Shown one piece after another: positions 1-10,388 of a stretch of 64,000 nt of DNA. The notes beneath the pieces are model-generated. The model was given only the letters and a program-made list of their open reading frames with translations, was not told the DNA's origin and did no database searches. Position 1 is the stretch's first letter, and every line of letters starts with the position of its first letter. This DNA is from Octopus vulgaris (Eukaryota): NCBI GenBank assembly GCA_951406725.2, contig OX597823.1:55366001-55430000 (forward strand). Reading direction: 5' to 3'. Made by a program: the position numbers and the translations under genes.

Positions 1-51
1 TGTGTGTGTGTGTGTGTGTGTGTGCGTGTGCATGTGTGTGTGTGTGCGTGC

Positions 52-110
<59 letters not shown>
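1..110. repeat. (TG)n microsatellite
   Basis: Near-perfect TG dinucleotide run. Confidence 0.98.
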
Positions 111-114
<4 letters not shown>

Positions 115-594
115 CGCGCGTTCGTGTGTATTGTATGTCTCTGTCCAGATATATACATGTATGCATGTGTGTGCTGGCGGGCGGGGTGGTGGTGGCTGCT
201 GTACGTCGGCAAGGCATATATGAATCGGTGAGAAACGGAAAAAAGCGGTGCCGTTCGCTTGTCCCCCACGTCAGCAGAAGAAATGCATGGAACCAGTGAT
301 TGGTGAGTTGGAAGCCTGTAATCAACGACGCTGTTCAGGAATTACGATATAAAAGGAAAGTATTTGAAGAAGGGAAAAGACAGCAGTTGGAAAATGAGAG
401 AATGAAAGAAAGGCAGAGAGAGAGAGATGGGGGGAGAGAAAGAGAGAAAGACCATATATTTGCTGACAATTAGTATAGTCGATGAAATCAATTTAAGTAC
501 ACGACTGCTGCATACCCTGTTGAGGATTAAAGTCAAATTAGGCCCCCGTTGGGAAGTTGGTATCAGAAGCTAGAAACGAGACTAAATATTGATT

Positions 595-760
595 TCTAAC
601 TTAGGCACAAACAAATCATATTGTAAAAGAAGATAATCATTTAAATCGATCCCAATACTTGACTGGTATTTGTTATATCGACCTCAGGGGGATGAAAGGC
701 AAAGCTGACTGCTCGGGGAGGCGGGGTAAATTTGAACACAGATCGTAAAGGGAAGTAACA
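595..760 (-). mobile_element. Degenerate SINE family B fragment
   Basis: Reverse complement resembles the gcctttcatcc...ggtcgat...aagtaccag core seen at 9327-9555. Confidence 0.6.
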
Positions 761-1004
761 AAATAACTAAATGTGATATTTGAAAAAAAAAATAATAATT
801 TAACTCATATTTCTTCAGGTCTTTCACTCTGTGGCTGATAATGTTAACCAAAATATAGAGAATAAATTCAGAAGATCTCTTGTAGGCTGTAACAGCAGCA
901 GCAGCAGCAGGATTAGAGAAAGATGAAAAAGATGAGGATGAAACAGAAAAAAACGTTCAGCGAAAGGAGGAGGAGGACAAGAAAGTGTTCGGTACCACTT
1001 AAAA

Positions 1005-1225
1005 ACAAATTGGTTTCAAGTTTTGGCAAAAGACCAGCAATTTTGGGGAAGAAGTAAGTCGATTATATCGATACCAGTGATCAAATGCTATTTAATTTAT
1101 CGACTCCGAAAAAATGATAAGCAAAGTCGACCTCTGGCTGATTTCGAACTCAGGGGGTACTGAGAGACGAAATGTCGCTAAGCAGTTTGTCTAGCGGGCT
1201 AACGATTCTGCCAGCTGGTTGCCCT
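1005..1225 (-). mobile_element. SINE family B copy (tRNA-derived)
   Basis: Reverse complement has gctggcagaatcgttagc head, gagttcgaaatc B-box-like motif and gaggtcgactttgc core. Confidence 0.8.
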
Positions 1226-1484
1226 TCCCACTTAACGACATATTGTACATCCGCCATCCTCTTCGCTTTGATTTCCAAACGTAAACGCACGCGCGCACAT
1301 GAATATGTATAAACAGCATAGTTGTAAGCGCATGCGTTCAAATACACGGGGGTCATATATACATATAAATACATGTATAAATATCATAGTCACATATAGG
1401 TTTGTAATCACGCTCAGATATATTCCTACCGATGAAAATAAATATTTACTCTGTGAAATATTATACTCTCTCTCCTTCACTCTC

Positions 1485-1526
<42 letters not shown>

Positions 1527-1556
1527 ACACGCACACACACACACAAACATATATAT

Positions 1557-2545
1557 CGAGGGGGTATCAAAGAGTTCCCGGACTGGCTATGTTTAATAAA
1601 AAAAAAAAACTTATTTACCAAATTTTTAACATTATGGTCCTTCGAAATAGTCACAGCAATACACCGGTCACAGCGTTCTTGCCACTTTTGGAAACCAGCC
1701 TGGAAATCGTTTACCTTAAGCTAGTCGAGGACCTTCTGTAATTCGCTCTGAATCTCGACGGAGACCTTTCAGCTACACTTTCATCTTAGGGAAGACATGA
1801 AAGACCGCTGGTGCTAAATCTGGCGAATAGTGCAGATGTGGAAGCGATACTATGCTGTTTTGGGCAAGAAACTCACGAGTTAGGAGAGCGCAGTGACAGG
1901 GTGCACTGTCACCTTAAAGATTTCAATTCTTCGCGCCCCACAGATCCGGTCGCTTTCGTCGAATGTCCTGCTTTAAAGGCTTCACAAGGTTGCAGTAGAA
2001 CTCTCGATTGACAGCCCTGGAGGACGAATTTTCCATGCACAATACCAAGGATGTCGAAAAAAAACAAAAACAATGAGCATGCACTTCATTGAGCTGCGGC
2101 TCTGTTGTGCCTTGTTCGGTTGTGGAAATGGAGGGGCTCTTCCACTGTGACGCAACTCTCGTCACTAGTGATGATCTTCGACATGAAAAACGGCACACTG
2201 ACAGAGATCTTGACAGACTTTCAGGCGTTGTTCTTTGTGCTCAGTAGTCAGCAGGCAGAGGACAATCTTGGCAGACACACGTCGGATGTTCAATTCACAC
2301 GTTATGATTGCCTGCACGGACTCATACATCAGATCAACAACTTCAGCAATGTTATTGATTGTCCTCCGACGATCCTCATAAACAAGCTGATGCATTTTCT
2401 ACACATTTCCGGGGGCGATACTCGTGATAAGTCTTCCAAACCACTCTAGGGGCGTTCTTCTGCTTCTGAAGCACCCGTGTCACTCAAAACATAACGTACA
2501 ATCCATTATCTCGCTGCCGTAAGCCTGTCGAAGCGTGCTCAATGA
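1557..2545 (-). mobile_element. Decayed mariner DNA transposon (transposase pseudogene, one TIR)
   Basis: TIR cgagggggtatcaaagagttcccggact at 1557; minus-strand translation gives EDRRRTINNIAEV..RRVSAKIVLCLLT (WVPxxL-like), HYSPDLAP, FQKWQERC and YFEG, with stops and frameshifts. Confidence 0.93.
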
Positions 2546-2590
2546 TACCACGTCGTACACTGATACATTTACAAACGTGTATTTATATTA

Positions 2591-2671
<81 letters not shown>

Positions 2672-2673
<2 letters not shown>

Positions 2674-2888
2674 GTTAATCTAAACATGAACAAAGAGAAA
2701 ACACAACAACGCGTGGACGTGGAACAAGTATAGTGTTATTGGACGCTCAGGAAAGGAAAGAAAGAAGGAGGATTTTACGTTTCGAGCGGAGCTCTTCGTC
2801 AGAAATATCGAAAAGAAGAAAAAAGAAAAAGGCCAGGGAAGGGAAGACAGAGAAAAGAAAATCGCCAACGATACACACGCGGTGACAT
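2672..2888 (-). mobile_element. Penelope-like terminal-repeat fragment, family P1
   Basis: Homologous to 39488-39690 and 61625-61814; 3' end abuts a (TA)n tract; contains a hammerhead core. Confidence 0.75.
2773..2805 (-). ncRNA. Minimal type I hammerhead ribozyme motif (extra A after A9)
   Basis: Minus strand: ttt CUGACGA A GAGC-UCC-GCUC GAAA CG UA aaa; palindromic ACGU stem III, GUA triplet. Confidence 0.7.
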
Positions 2889-2941
2889 ATACATAGGTTC
2901 GCATGTTTAGGTGTATATAGGTAATTTATATATATCTACAT

Positions 2942-2983
2942 ATGTTTATATGTATATAGGAGTTTTTTATACATATGTATATA

Positions 2984-3018
<35 letters not shown>

Positions 3019-3049
3019 GTATAAAAAACTCCTATATACATATAAACAT
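2942..3049. repeat. Local inverted duplication centred on a (TA)n tract
   Basis: atgtttatatgtatataggagttttttatacatatg is mirrored by catatgtataaaaaactcctatatacatataaacat. Confidence 0.85.
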
Positions 3050-3348
3050 AAGAACCTATGTATATATAACATATTAAAAAATTTCTGGATGCTGCTGTCT
3101 TATGAAGTTTTCCTGTCTTGTCAATAAAAGTACGAAACATGGAGTAGTATCACAGTCGACCACTGAGGAAGGGCTAGACTTCTTTTGGTATTTCCTCCCG
3201 TACGTATCTCTCGCGTGTTTACGTATTTTTCACTCGTTGGTAATGTCCCGTTCTTAATTGTATTTTTTCATACATATATGTATATATATATACATATATA
3301 CATATATATACATATATATATACATATATATATATGTATATGTATATG

Positions 3349-3380
<32 letters not shown>

Positions 3381-3410
3381 TGTATGTATGTATGTATGTA
3401 TGTATATAAA

Positions 3411-3745
3411 AGCGCTGTTGGGGGTGTATGGTAAGGAGCTTGCTTCCCAACCACATGGTTCCGGGACGCAGGTGTATTATATACAGTAAACTAGTGCCGA
3501 TCAGACCCTTGTGAATGGATTTGGTAGACGGAAACAAAAGGAACTTAACGTGTGCGCGCGCGTGTGTGTACCTACTTGACAGCCGGTGTTGGATTGTTTA
3601 TGTCCCTGCAAAGAGCGTTCGATAGAATAAATATCAGGCTTTATATCTAAAATAAGTGTTGGGGTTGATTTGTTCTACTAAATTCCTTCAAGGCGGTGTC
3701 CTAGCGTGGCTGCAGTCCAATGACTGAAACAAGTAAGAAGTAAAA
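3411..3745 (+). mobile_element. SINE family A copy, degenerate
   Basis: Head ggtaaggagcttgcttcccaaccacatggttccggg; tail gcagtccaatgactgaaacaagta. Confidence 0.85.
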
Positions 3746-3781
3746 CACCCACACATACACATATAAATATATATATTTATA

Positions 3782-3827
<46 letters not shown>

Positions 3828-3830
<3 letters not shown>

Positions 3831-3908
3831 TTGTTTCAGTCATTGGACTGCAGCCACGCTAGGACACCGCCTTGAAGGAGTTTAGTCGAACAAATCAACC
3901 CCAACACT

Positions 3909-3912
<4 letters not shown>
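3828..3912 (-). repeat. 85-bp inverted copy of the adjacent SINE tail (3651-3735)
   Basis: Reverse complement matches 3651-3735 with 2 mismatches and shares its private variants; flanked by (TA)n on both sides. Confidence 0.92.
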
Positions 3913-3962
<50 letters not shown>

Positions 3963-4125
3963 GTTATCGCCATACTAATATGGCATTCTTATAAAAATAA
4001 GAATAAAGCTGTCCGCTTATTAGCTCCATGAGGCCATCGCCTTAAGTTAGCTATTTGATACACAAACTGTATCCATATAACCTTCGAACAAGGGAGGTCA
4101 GTCGCTCTACACTACTTGACCGGCA

Positions 4126-4167
4126 GCTACAGACGCGTTTCGGGGTATTGCCCCTTTTCAATGCAGC
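4126..4167 (-). ncRNA. Type I hammerhead ribozyme, U3:A8 core variant
   Basis: Minus strand: GCUGCA UUGAAAA GGGG-CAAUA-CCCC GAAA CGCG UC UGUAGC; 6-bp stem I, palindromic ACGCGU stem III, GUC triplet. Confidence 0.85.
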
Positions 4168-4508
4168 GTAGCCAGACCAGTAGGTGTCGCTTCTGACAAT
4201 CTCTGTTCGAAGGTTTTATTTACCTAGCTTCGGTGGAATACATCCACTTGTTTTCAATAATAGAAATATTAAAATTACTAAGTCTCTCTAAAGAGAACAA
4301 CGGCAGCGTTCCCGGAAAATAATAGTTATCGCCATACTAATATGGCATTCTTATAAAAATAAGAATAAAGCTGTCCGCTTATTAGCTCCATGAGGCCATC
4401 GCCTTAAGTTAGCTATTTGATACACAAACTGTATCCATATAACCTTCGAACAAGGGAGGTCAGTCGCTCCACACTACTTGACCGGCAGCTACAGACTGGT
4501 CTGGCTAC

Positions 4509-4550
4509 GCTGCATTGAAAAGGGGCAATACCCCGAAACGCGTCTGTAGC
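4509..4550 (+). ncRNA. Type I hammerhead ribozyme, U3:A8 core variant
   Basis: gctgca ttgaaaa gggg caata cccc gaaa cgcg tc tgtagc; predicted cut after C4544. Confidence 0.85.
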
Positions 4551-4779
4551 TGCCGGTCAAGTAGTGTGGAGCGACTGACCTCCCTTGTTCGAAGGTTATA
4601 TGGATACAGTTTGTGTATCAAATAGCTAACTTAAGGCGATGGCCTCATGGAGCTAATAAGCGGACAGCTTTATTCTTATTTTTATAAGAATGCCATATTA
4701 GTATGGCGATAACTATTATTTTCCGGGAACGCTGCCGTTGTTCTCTTTTAGAGAGACTTAGTAATTTTAATATTTCTAT

Positions 4780-4850
<71 letters not shown>

Positions 4851-4894
4851 TGTATGTATGTGTGTGTATGAGTGCGGATTAGGAGTGTGAGCGT

Positions 4895-4932
<38 letters not shown>

Positions 4933-5012
4933 AACGCACACACATATACATACATGCACATATACATAGTTACATATATACATGCGTGTGGAGGGAAATG
5001 AAAGAGACAATA

Positions 5013-5072
<60 letters not shown>

Positions 5073-5401
5073 AAGAATATTTCCAGAACATTAACAAAGA
5101 TACATGCTGATGCATATTTCATGTAATGGGCACAGAGCACCACAATAGGAAATGGTGCTGTAACTGAACATTGCAGGGCTATAAATATGCAAAACTCTAT
5201 ACACGTAGAAAATAGATTCCTTCACAAATACCGAAGCCATTTACAAATGTTAGATGTGTATGTGTGTACGTGCGTGAGTGCGTGCGTGTATCTGCGTATG
5301 AGAAAGAGAGAGAGAGAGAGGGGAGTGAGGGAGAGCATGTGTGTATGCATGATAGTATATATACATGGATGTATGAATATTTGTAGGTATACTTATATGT
5401 A

Positions 5402-5635
5402 GGCGGCTAGCTAGCAGAAACGTTAGCACGCTGGGCGAAATGCGTAGCCGTATTTCGTCTGCCGTTACGTTCTGAGTTCAAATTCCGCCGAGGTCGACTT
5501 TGCCTTTCATCCTTTCGGGATCGGTCGACAAATTAATTACCAGTTACGCACTGGGGTCGATGTAATCGACTTAATCCGTTTGTCTGTCTTTGTTTGTTCC
5601 ATCTGTGTTTAGCTCCTTGTGGGTATTAAAGAAAT
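5402..5635 (+). mobile_element. SINE family B, near full length (MetaSINE-like central domain)
   Basis: gcagaaacgttagc A-box-like, gagttcaaattcc B-box, gtcgactttgcctttcatcctttcggg core, ccttgtgggtattaaagaaat tail. Confidence 0.9.
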
Positions 5636-5840
5636 ATATATGTATAGTTCCATTCCTTTCAGGTTATCGTAGAAATTCGAAATGAAAGATGTTCTCTTTA
5701 AAAACTGTGTTAGTATATTTAATTTATCGTATTTTTGTAATGTGTCCATGGTTCAACAAGTTTCGACGGAAGAGACAAGACTTCTGAGCATGTAACACCA
5801 TATACGTACTCATACATACATGCATACACACATACATGCA

Positions 5841-6015
5841 CAGGGTGGCCCAAAAGTAGGCTTACATTTGTTCAACTATCGCTTTCGTATTCATATATTA
5901 ACAGTTTAGATCTTATGAAACCATTATTCTATGCTAATTTAGTTAATTTTGTCAAGCTTCCTTTTCAGTTTGTAAAGTGCCTTCGTGATGACTGTAAATC
6001 TACTTTTGGGCCACC

Positions 6016-6018
<3 letters not shown>
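5841..6018. mobile_element. Tc1/mariner-type MITE
   Basis: TIRs cagggtggcccaaaagtag / ctacttttgggccaccctg followed by TA. Confidence 0.9.
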
Positions 6019-6088
<70 letters not shown>

Positions 6089-6091
<3 letters not shown>

Positions 6092-8085
6092 TAATACAAA
6101 AAAATCCGTTCCGTCTGTCTGTCTGTTTGTGCCCTTATAACTCGAGTATTGTTCATCCGATCGCATTCAAATTTTAAACATGGATACATGAGAGACCTGG
6201 GTGTTCCGTAATCTAAAAAGATTTTCAAAATCGTTTGTTTCAAAGTGAGAATCGCTATTTTTGTAACCTTTATGTCCTCGTTGTTCTGCCATTAAAACAA
6301 CCAATTGCTCAAACAGCCGGCTCATGCCATTTCGCTTGCAACAAGGTGAGTAAGGATGACAGTCAGGCAAAACCGTCGCTATTCTGTCTCTCTTCTTTCG
6401 TCTTTCTGATGGGTTGATAATCTTAATCTTTAGTTACAGTTTCTCATTCAAACTACATAATAGGCAGAATTGTCGGATCAAGACAGTAGGTGTTTTGAGG
6501 GAGATTTGGCTGCTATTTCTATCAGATCTAACTACCATTTACAGGTCTGCCTCATCTTTGACATTATATATTCCTTATGCTTTCCAAAACTTAGTTACAG
6601 ATTTTAACATATGGGGTATCAAAAGATTCAGTACTATTTTGGCTACAAATTAGGCTTAATTTTTATTCACATATTTGCATTTGAAAAGTTTAACATAATC
6701 TTTACCATAAATCAACTATCGTAAAAATGTTATACTATTACGTCACATTTTCTATATGTATGTGTACCTTAAAAGACGTCAATCATCGCAACACACACCT
6801 TCACTCACTCACTCTATATCTCTTTCTCACCCTCTTTCTCTCTCACATAAACCCACGCAAGCACGCAAGCACACATGCACACACACACACACACATACAC
6901 ACACACACACGTCCATTTTATATAGACGTACATACATCTATCACTTTCTTTCTCTGTTCTTTTCGCTTATCTTTTTTCAATTTCTGCTCTCTTGAAATAA
7001 AATTTTTACGGATACAACTGCTTACAAAAATAAGGATTAATGTATAATTTTTTTTCTATTTTCATAATTTTTTGCTTACAGTATTGCAAGGATTAATGTA
7101 TAATTTCTTTCTAGGTTCATAATCTTTTGTTTACAATATTGGGAAAAAATATGCCACCAACGAAAAGACGTAATCTCTCCAGAAACAAGTATAAAGCAAG
7201 AAGGATTGTAGAAAACCGAAGGCGAGATTCTGAAGAGAGAAGCTCGATGAGATTCTCTCAACATCAGCAAATGCATGTTGCAGCACTTAATGCTGGATCA
7301 TTAAATCAATGTTTTAATGAATAGACAGAGGTCCGATAGAATAGCTCTCAGAAACAGACAACGTAGAAATTCGATCTTCACAACTCCTAAAGCTGTAAAA
7401 ATAATAACTCTGTCCAAAGTGGTATGCTAAACACAAATTGTCTTTTCTGTAGAGCCTTAAAATTCTCAAATGAAACAAATGATATGTGCTGCTCAGGTGG
7501 TCAGGTAACATTGCCAGCACTACCAGCTCCTTTTCAACCTCTTATGGATCTTCTAGAAGGCATTTCCATCCAGTCAAAGGATTTTCTGAACAATATCAGA
7601 CAATACAACTCTGCAAATGACATCGTTTGGTGCATCTAAGAAGATAGATAAACCTGAATTTACGCCGATGTCAAAGTTCAAGGGCAAGTTTGTCACCTGA
7701 TTGGTTCACTGTTACCCATAAATGAACAACCACAGTTCCTCCAAATTTACTTTATGAGTGATGTAGGACACCAAACTCGAAGGAGGGGTCAACATTTCAG
7801 ATGTTGGGTCGTGTTACACACAATACCGACTGTTGCAAAAAAGAGTATATCCACTGACAGCTTCTCAGTGCGTTCAAAAATCACATAACCCCCACAGGTT
7901 AGGGCCTGAAATGCTCCAAACACACGCATAGCATGTTGCTTAGTCGAATTAGCCCATCATTTACTCCACAAATGTTTTGTTGTCAATGCTGCTCTTTCCC
8001 ATATCATCTGTTTCAACATAACTGTAATATATTATATACAAACTGTGTCACTTTAATACCGAACAACGCCGGGTGTCCCTGCTAG
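6089..8085 (+). mobile_element. Helitron, internally deleted, with Rep/Hel N-terminal remnant
   Basis: 5' TC start with (gtct)n; 7440-7760 encodes ETNDMCCSGGQVTLP..FLNNIRQYNSA..KVQGQVCHLIGSLLP..PQFLQIYF; 3' ccgaacaacgccggg hairpin and CTAG. Confidence 0.92.
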
Positions 8086-8092
8086 TACACAT

Positions 8093-8204
<112 letters not shown>

Positions 8205-8209
8205 GTATT

Positions 8210-8591
8210 TAGGTCTAGCTCCTAGCTCCCAACTTTGGAATTAAGAGCTATACCAACACCTGAACTGGACGACACTGCGGAATACCAAATACAAGGACTC
8301 AGTATTACACCAGCTTAGATTTCAGGGGACTGCAAATGTTTAACATCTTGCTAAGGAGCATAAGAGATTTGAAAGGTTTAGAAGTGGAAACATTCAAAAA
8401 GCACCGGGACAAATTTCTGTCTGAAATCCCTGATGAGCTGACATCGTAGCAGGAGGTACAAAGAAGAGCAGGTTCGTCCAACTCGCGTCTTCACCAAAAA
8501 CAGTACCGAAAGAAGACTCTAAAACACTGAAAGGTGGTGCTCCACCATGGCCCCAGCCCCTGGCTGAAACCAGTAAAAGAATAAAGGAATA
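8210..8591 (+). mobile_element. 3' end of a CR1-like LINE (ORF2 C-terminus plus tail)
   Basis: 8228-8530 translates PNFGIKSYTNT*TGRHC..SLDFRGLQMFNILLRSIRDL..ETFKKHRDKFLSEIPDE..RRAGSSNS; tail ggtggtgctccaccatggcc..gctgaaaccagtaaaagaataaa. Confidence 0.82.
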
Positions 8592-8593
8592 TA

Positions 8594-8923
8594 TCTTACT
8601 CTAATGGGCGTTTTATCCGTCTGTCCGTCTGTCTGTCTGTTCCCTCTTCACGGTCAAACGGCTAGATCAGTGGTCATGATGTTTTTCGGAATTACGAAGG
8701 TGATTAGGAAGGTTTTTAGCGAAAAAAAAATGTGAAAAAGTATGATTATTTAGTGGATATTGAGTTTTATATTAATAAATCACCTTTGATTTTAAATTTT
8801 GTTAAAATTCCGGTGACGAAGATTAACTCTGGATCCCCCTCCCCCGCCAAGATCCTGAATTTAGAGGGTTTAGATTTACGATACTGTCCCTTTATCTCCC
8901 AACGTGGATGGGCCGATTTGCTA
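8594..8923 (+). mobile_element. Non-autonomous Helitron unit 1
   Basis: tcttactctaatg start with (gtct)n; ends gatttgcta immediately before a homologous second unit. Confidence 0.75.
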
Positions 8924-10334
8924 TCTTACTATAATGAGCATTATGTCCATCTGTCTGTCCGTCTCTTTGTCTGGACCTTCTTCACAGCCAGACGACTGGA
9001 CCAATGGTTACGATATTTTTCGCGATTACAAAGCCGGTCGTCAGGAAGGCTTTTAGCACTAAAAAATCAGGAAGTATGATTATTTCGTGCATATCGATTT
9101 TTGAATTGATAAACCACATTCGCATTTTTATAAAAAAATTCACCGATCACGAGTAACTCTGGATTTTCATCGTGTAGTTCGTGGCCCCATCGTAGATGCG
9201 AAGTGGGTTGCGAGGACGGTTAATAGCGAAAATAAAATGGAAAAAGCGTGTGCCGGTATATAGTGTATGTGCCGGTATATAGTGTGCATATAGTGTATAT
9301 AGTGTGTGTGCCGGTATATAGGTAAAGGCGGCGAGCTGGCAGAAACGTTAGCACGCCGGGCGAAATGCTTAGCGGTATTTCGTTTGCGTTACGTTGTGAG
9401 TTCAAATTCCGCCGAGGTCGACTTTGCCTTTCATCCTTTCGGGGTCGATAAATTAAGTACCAGTTACGCACTGGGGTCGATGTAATCGACTTAATACCTA
9501 TGTCTCTCCTTGTTTGTCCCTCTGTGTTTAGCCCCTTGTGGGTAATAAAGAAATAGGTATATAGTGTGTGTGATTATTTAGTGGTTATTGAAGTGTGTCA
9601 GTCTCGAGCAGGATTCGAAACGACTAATCGAAGCAGCTGTTGTTTATATCTCAGTTTTGTCAATCAAAATAACCCATAGTACCAGAACATCCCGACATTC
9701 ACATAGAACAGTCAGTCTCAGTTTGAATTTTTGCAACCCTAAAGAATCCGCTCGCGCATTCACATCAAACAAGGCATAGGGCCAGACTTTAGCTTGTATA
9801 CGTGTATTTTTAGCCACTTCAATGTTGACACACAGCCAGTTATACGTTGCTATGAGTAGAGCAACTGACTCCAGTAATTTGAAAATTAGTGTAGACCAAA
9901 CAGAAAAAATCCTCTGCAAAGAAGCTTTGTAATCATATTGATATTATCGAAAGGAATATGATTCATAATATAAATAAGGAAATTTTTGAACTTTGAACAA
10001 GTGAAAAATAGTGTAAACAGCTAAAATAGAAGTATATCTAAATAACATTTTTTTTATTAACACAGTGGTCGAAGAAAGCTCTAGCATTCGTTAGGAGTGG
10101 TCCATATAATCATGATGCTGAGGCTGGGAGCTTATTTCGGTTCGAGAGTGAATCGTCATCACATGTCACTTAGTCACAAGCACATATCATATGGCTGCAG
10201 TAGAATACTGTATCATCAACAGGAATGTAATTTCTCTAAGACCTCAGCACGTAATCTATCAAGTCCATTTACACATTTCTTACTACTTCCCTCCCTTATT
10301 TTATGCCTCTATCGGTGATGGATAGATTTGCTAG
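8924..10334 (+). mobile_element. Helitron unit 2 with PIF1-type helicase C-terminal remnant
   Basis: 5' end homologous to 8594; 9750-9930 encodes AFTSNKA*GQTL..THSQLYVAMSRAT (helicase motifs V/VI); ends gatttgCTAG. Confidence 0.88.
9327..9555 (+). mobile_element. SINE family B, full length, nested in the Helitron
   Basis: ggcggcgagctggcagaaacgttagc ... gtttagccccttgtgggtaataaagaaata. Confidence 0.93.
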
Positions 10335-10348
10335 TACAAATAATAAAA

Positions 10349-10386
<38 letters not shown>

Positions 10387-10388
<2 letters not shown>

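Larger units (their letters stand above)
3958..4783. mobile_element. Penelope-like/retrozyme-like element: 362-bp tandem unit plus inverted copy, family P2
   Basis: tagttatcgccatac at 3961 and 4323 (period 362); 4495-4783 is a near-identical inverted copy; (TA)n at both ends. Confidence 0.88.

Noticed and set aside
149-310. GC-rich island with ccag acceptor, gtgagt donor, CCAAT and CRE-like motifs
   Set aside because: No recognisable peptide or partner exon; motifs too short to support a promoter or exon call
3155-3185. cactgaggaaggg possible hammerhead 5' core; similar remnant gctgccgaaacagccgt near 13150
   Set aside because: Only half of the core is present in each; too decayed to call
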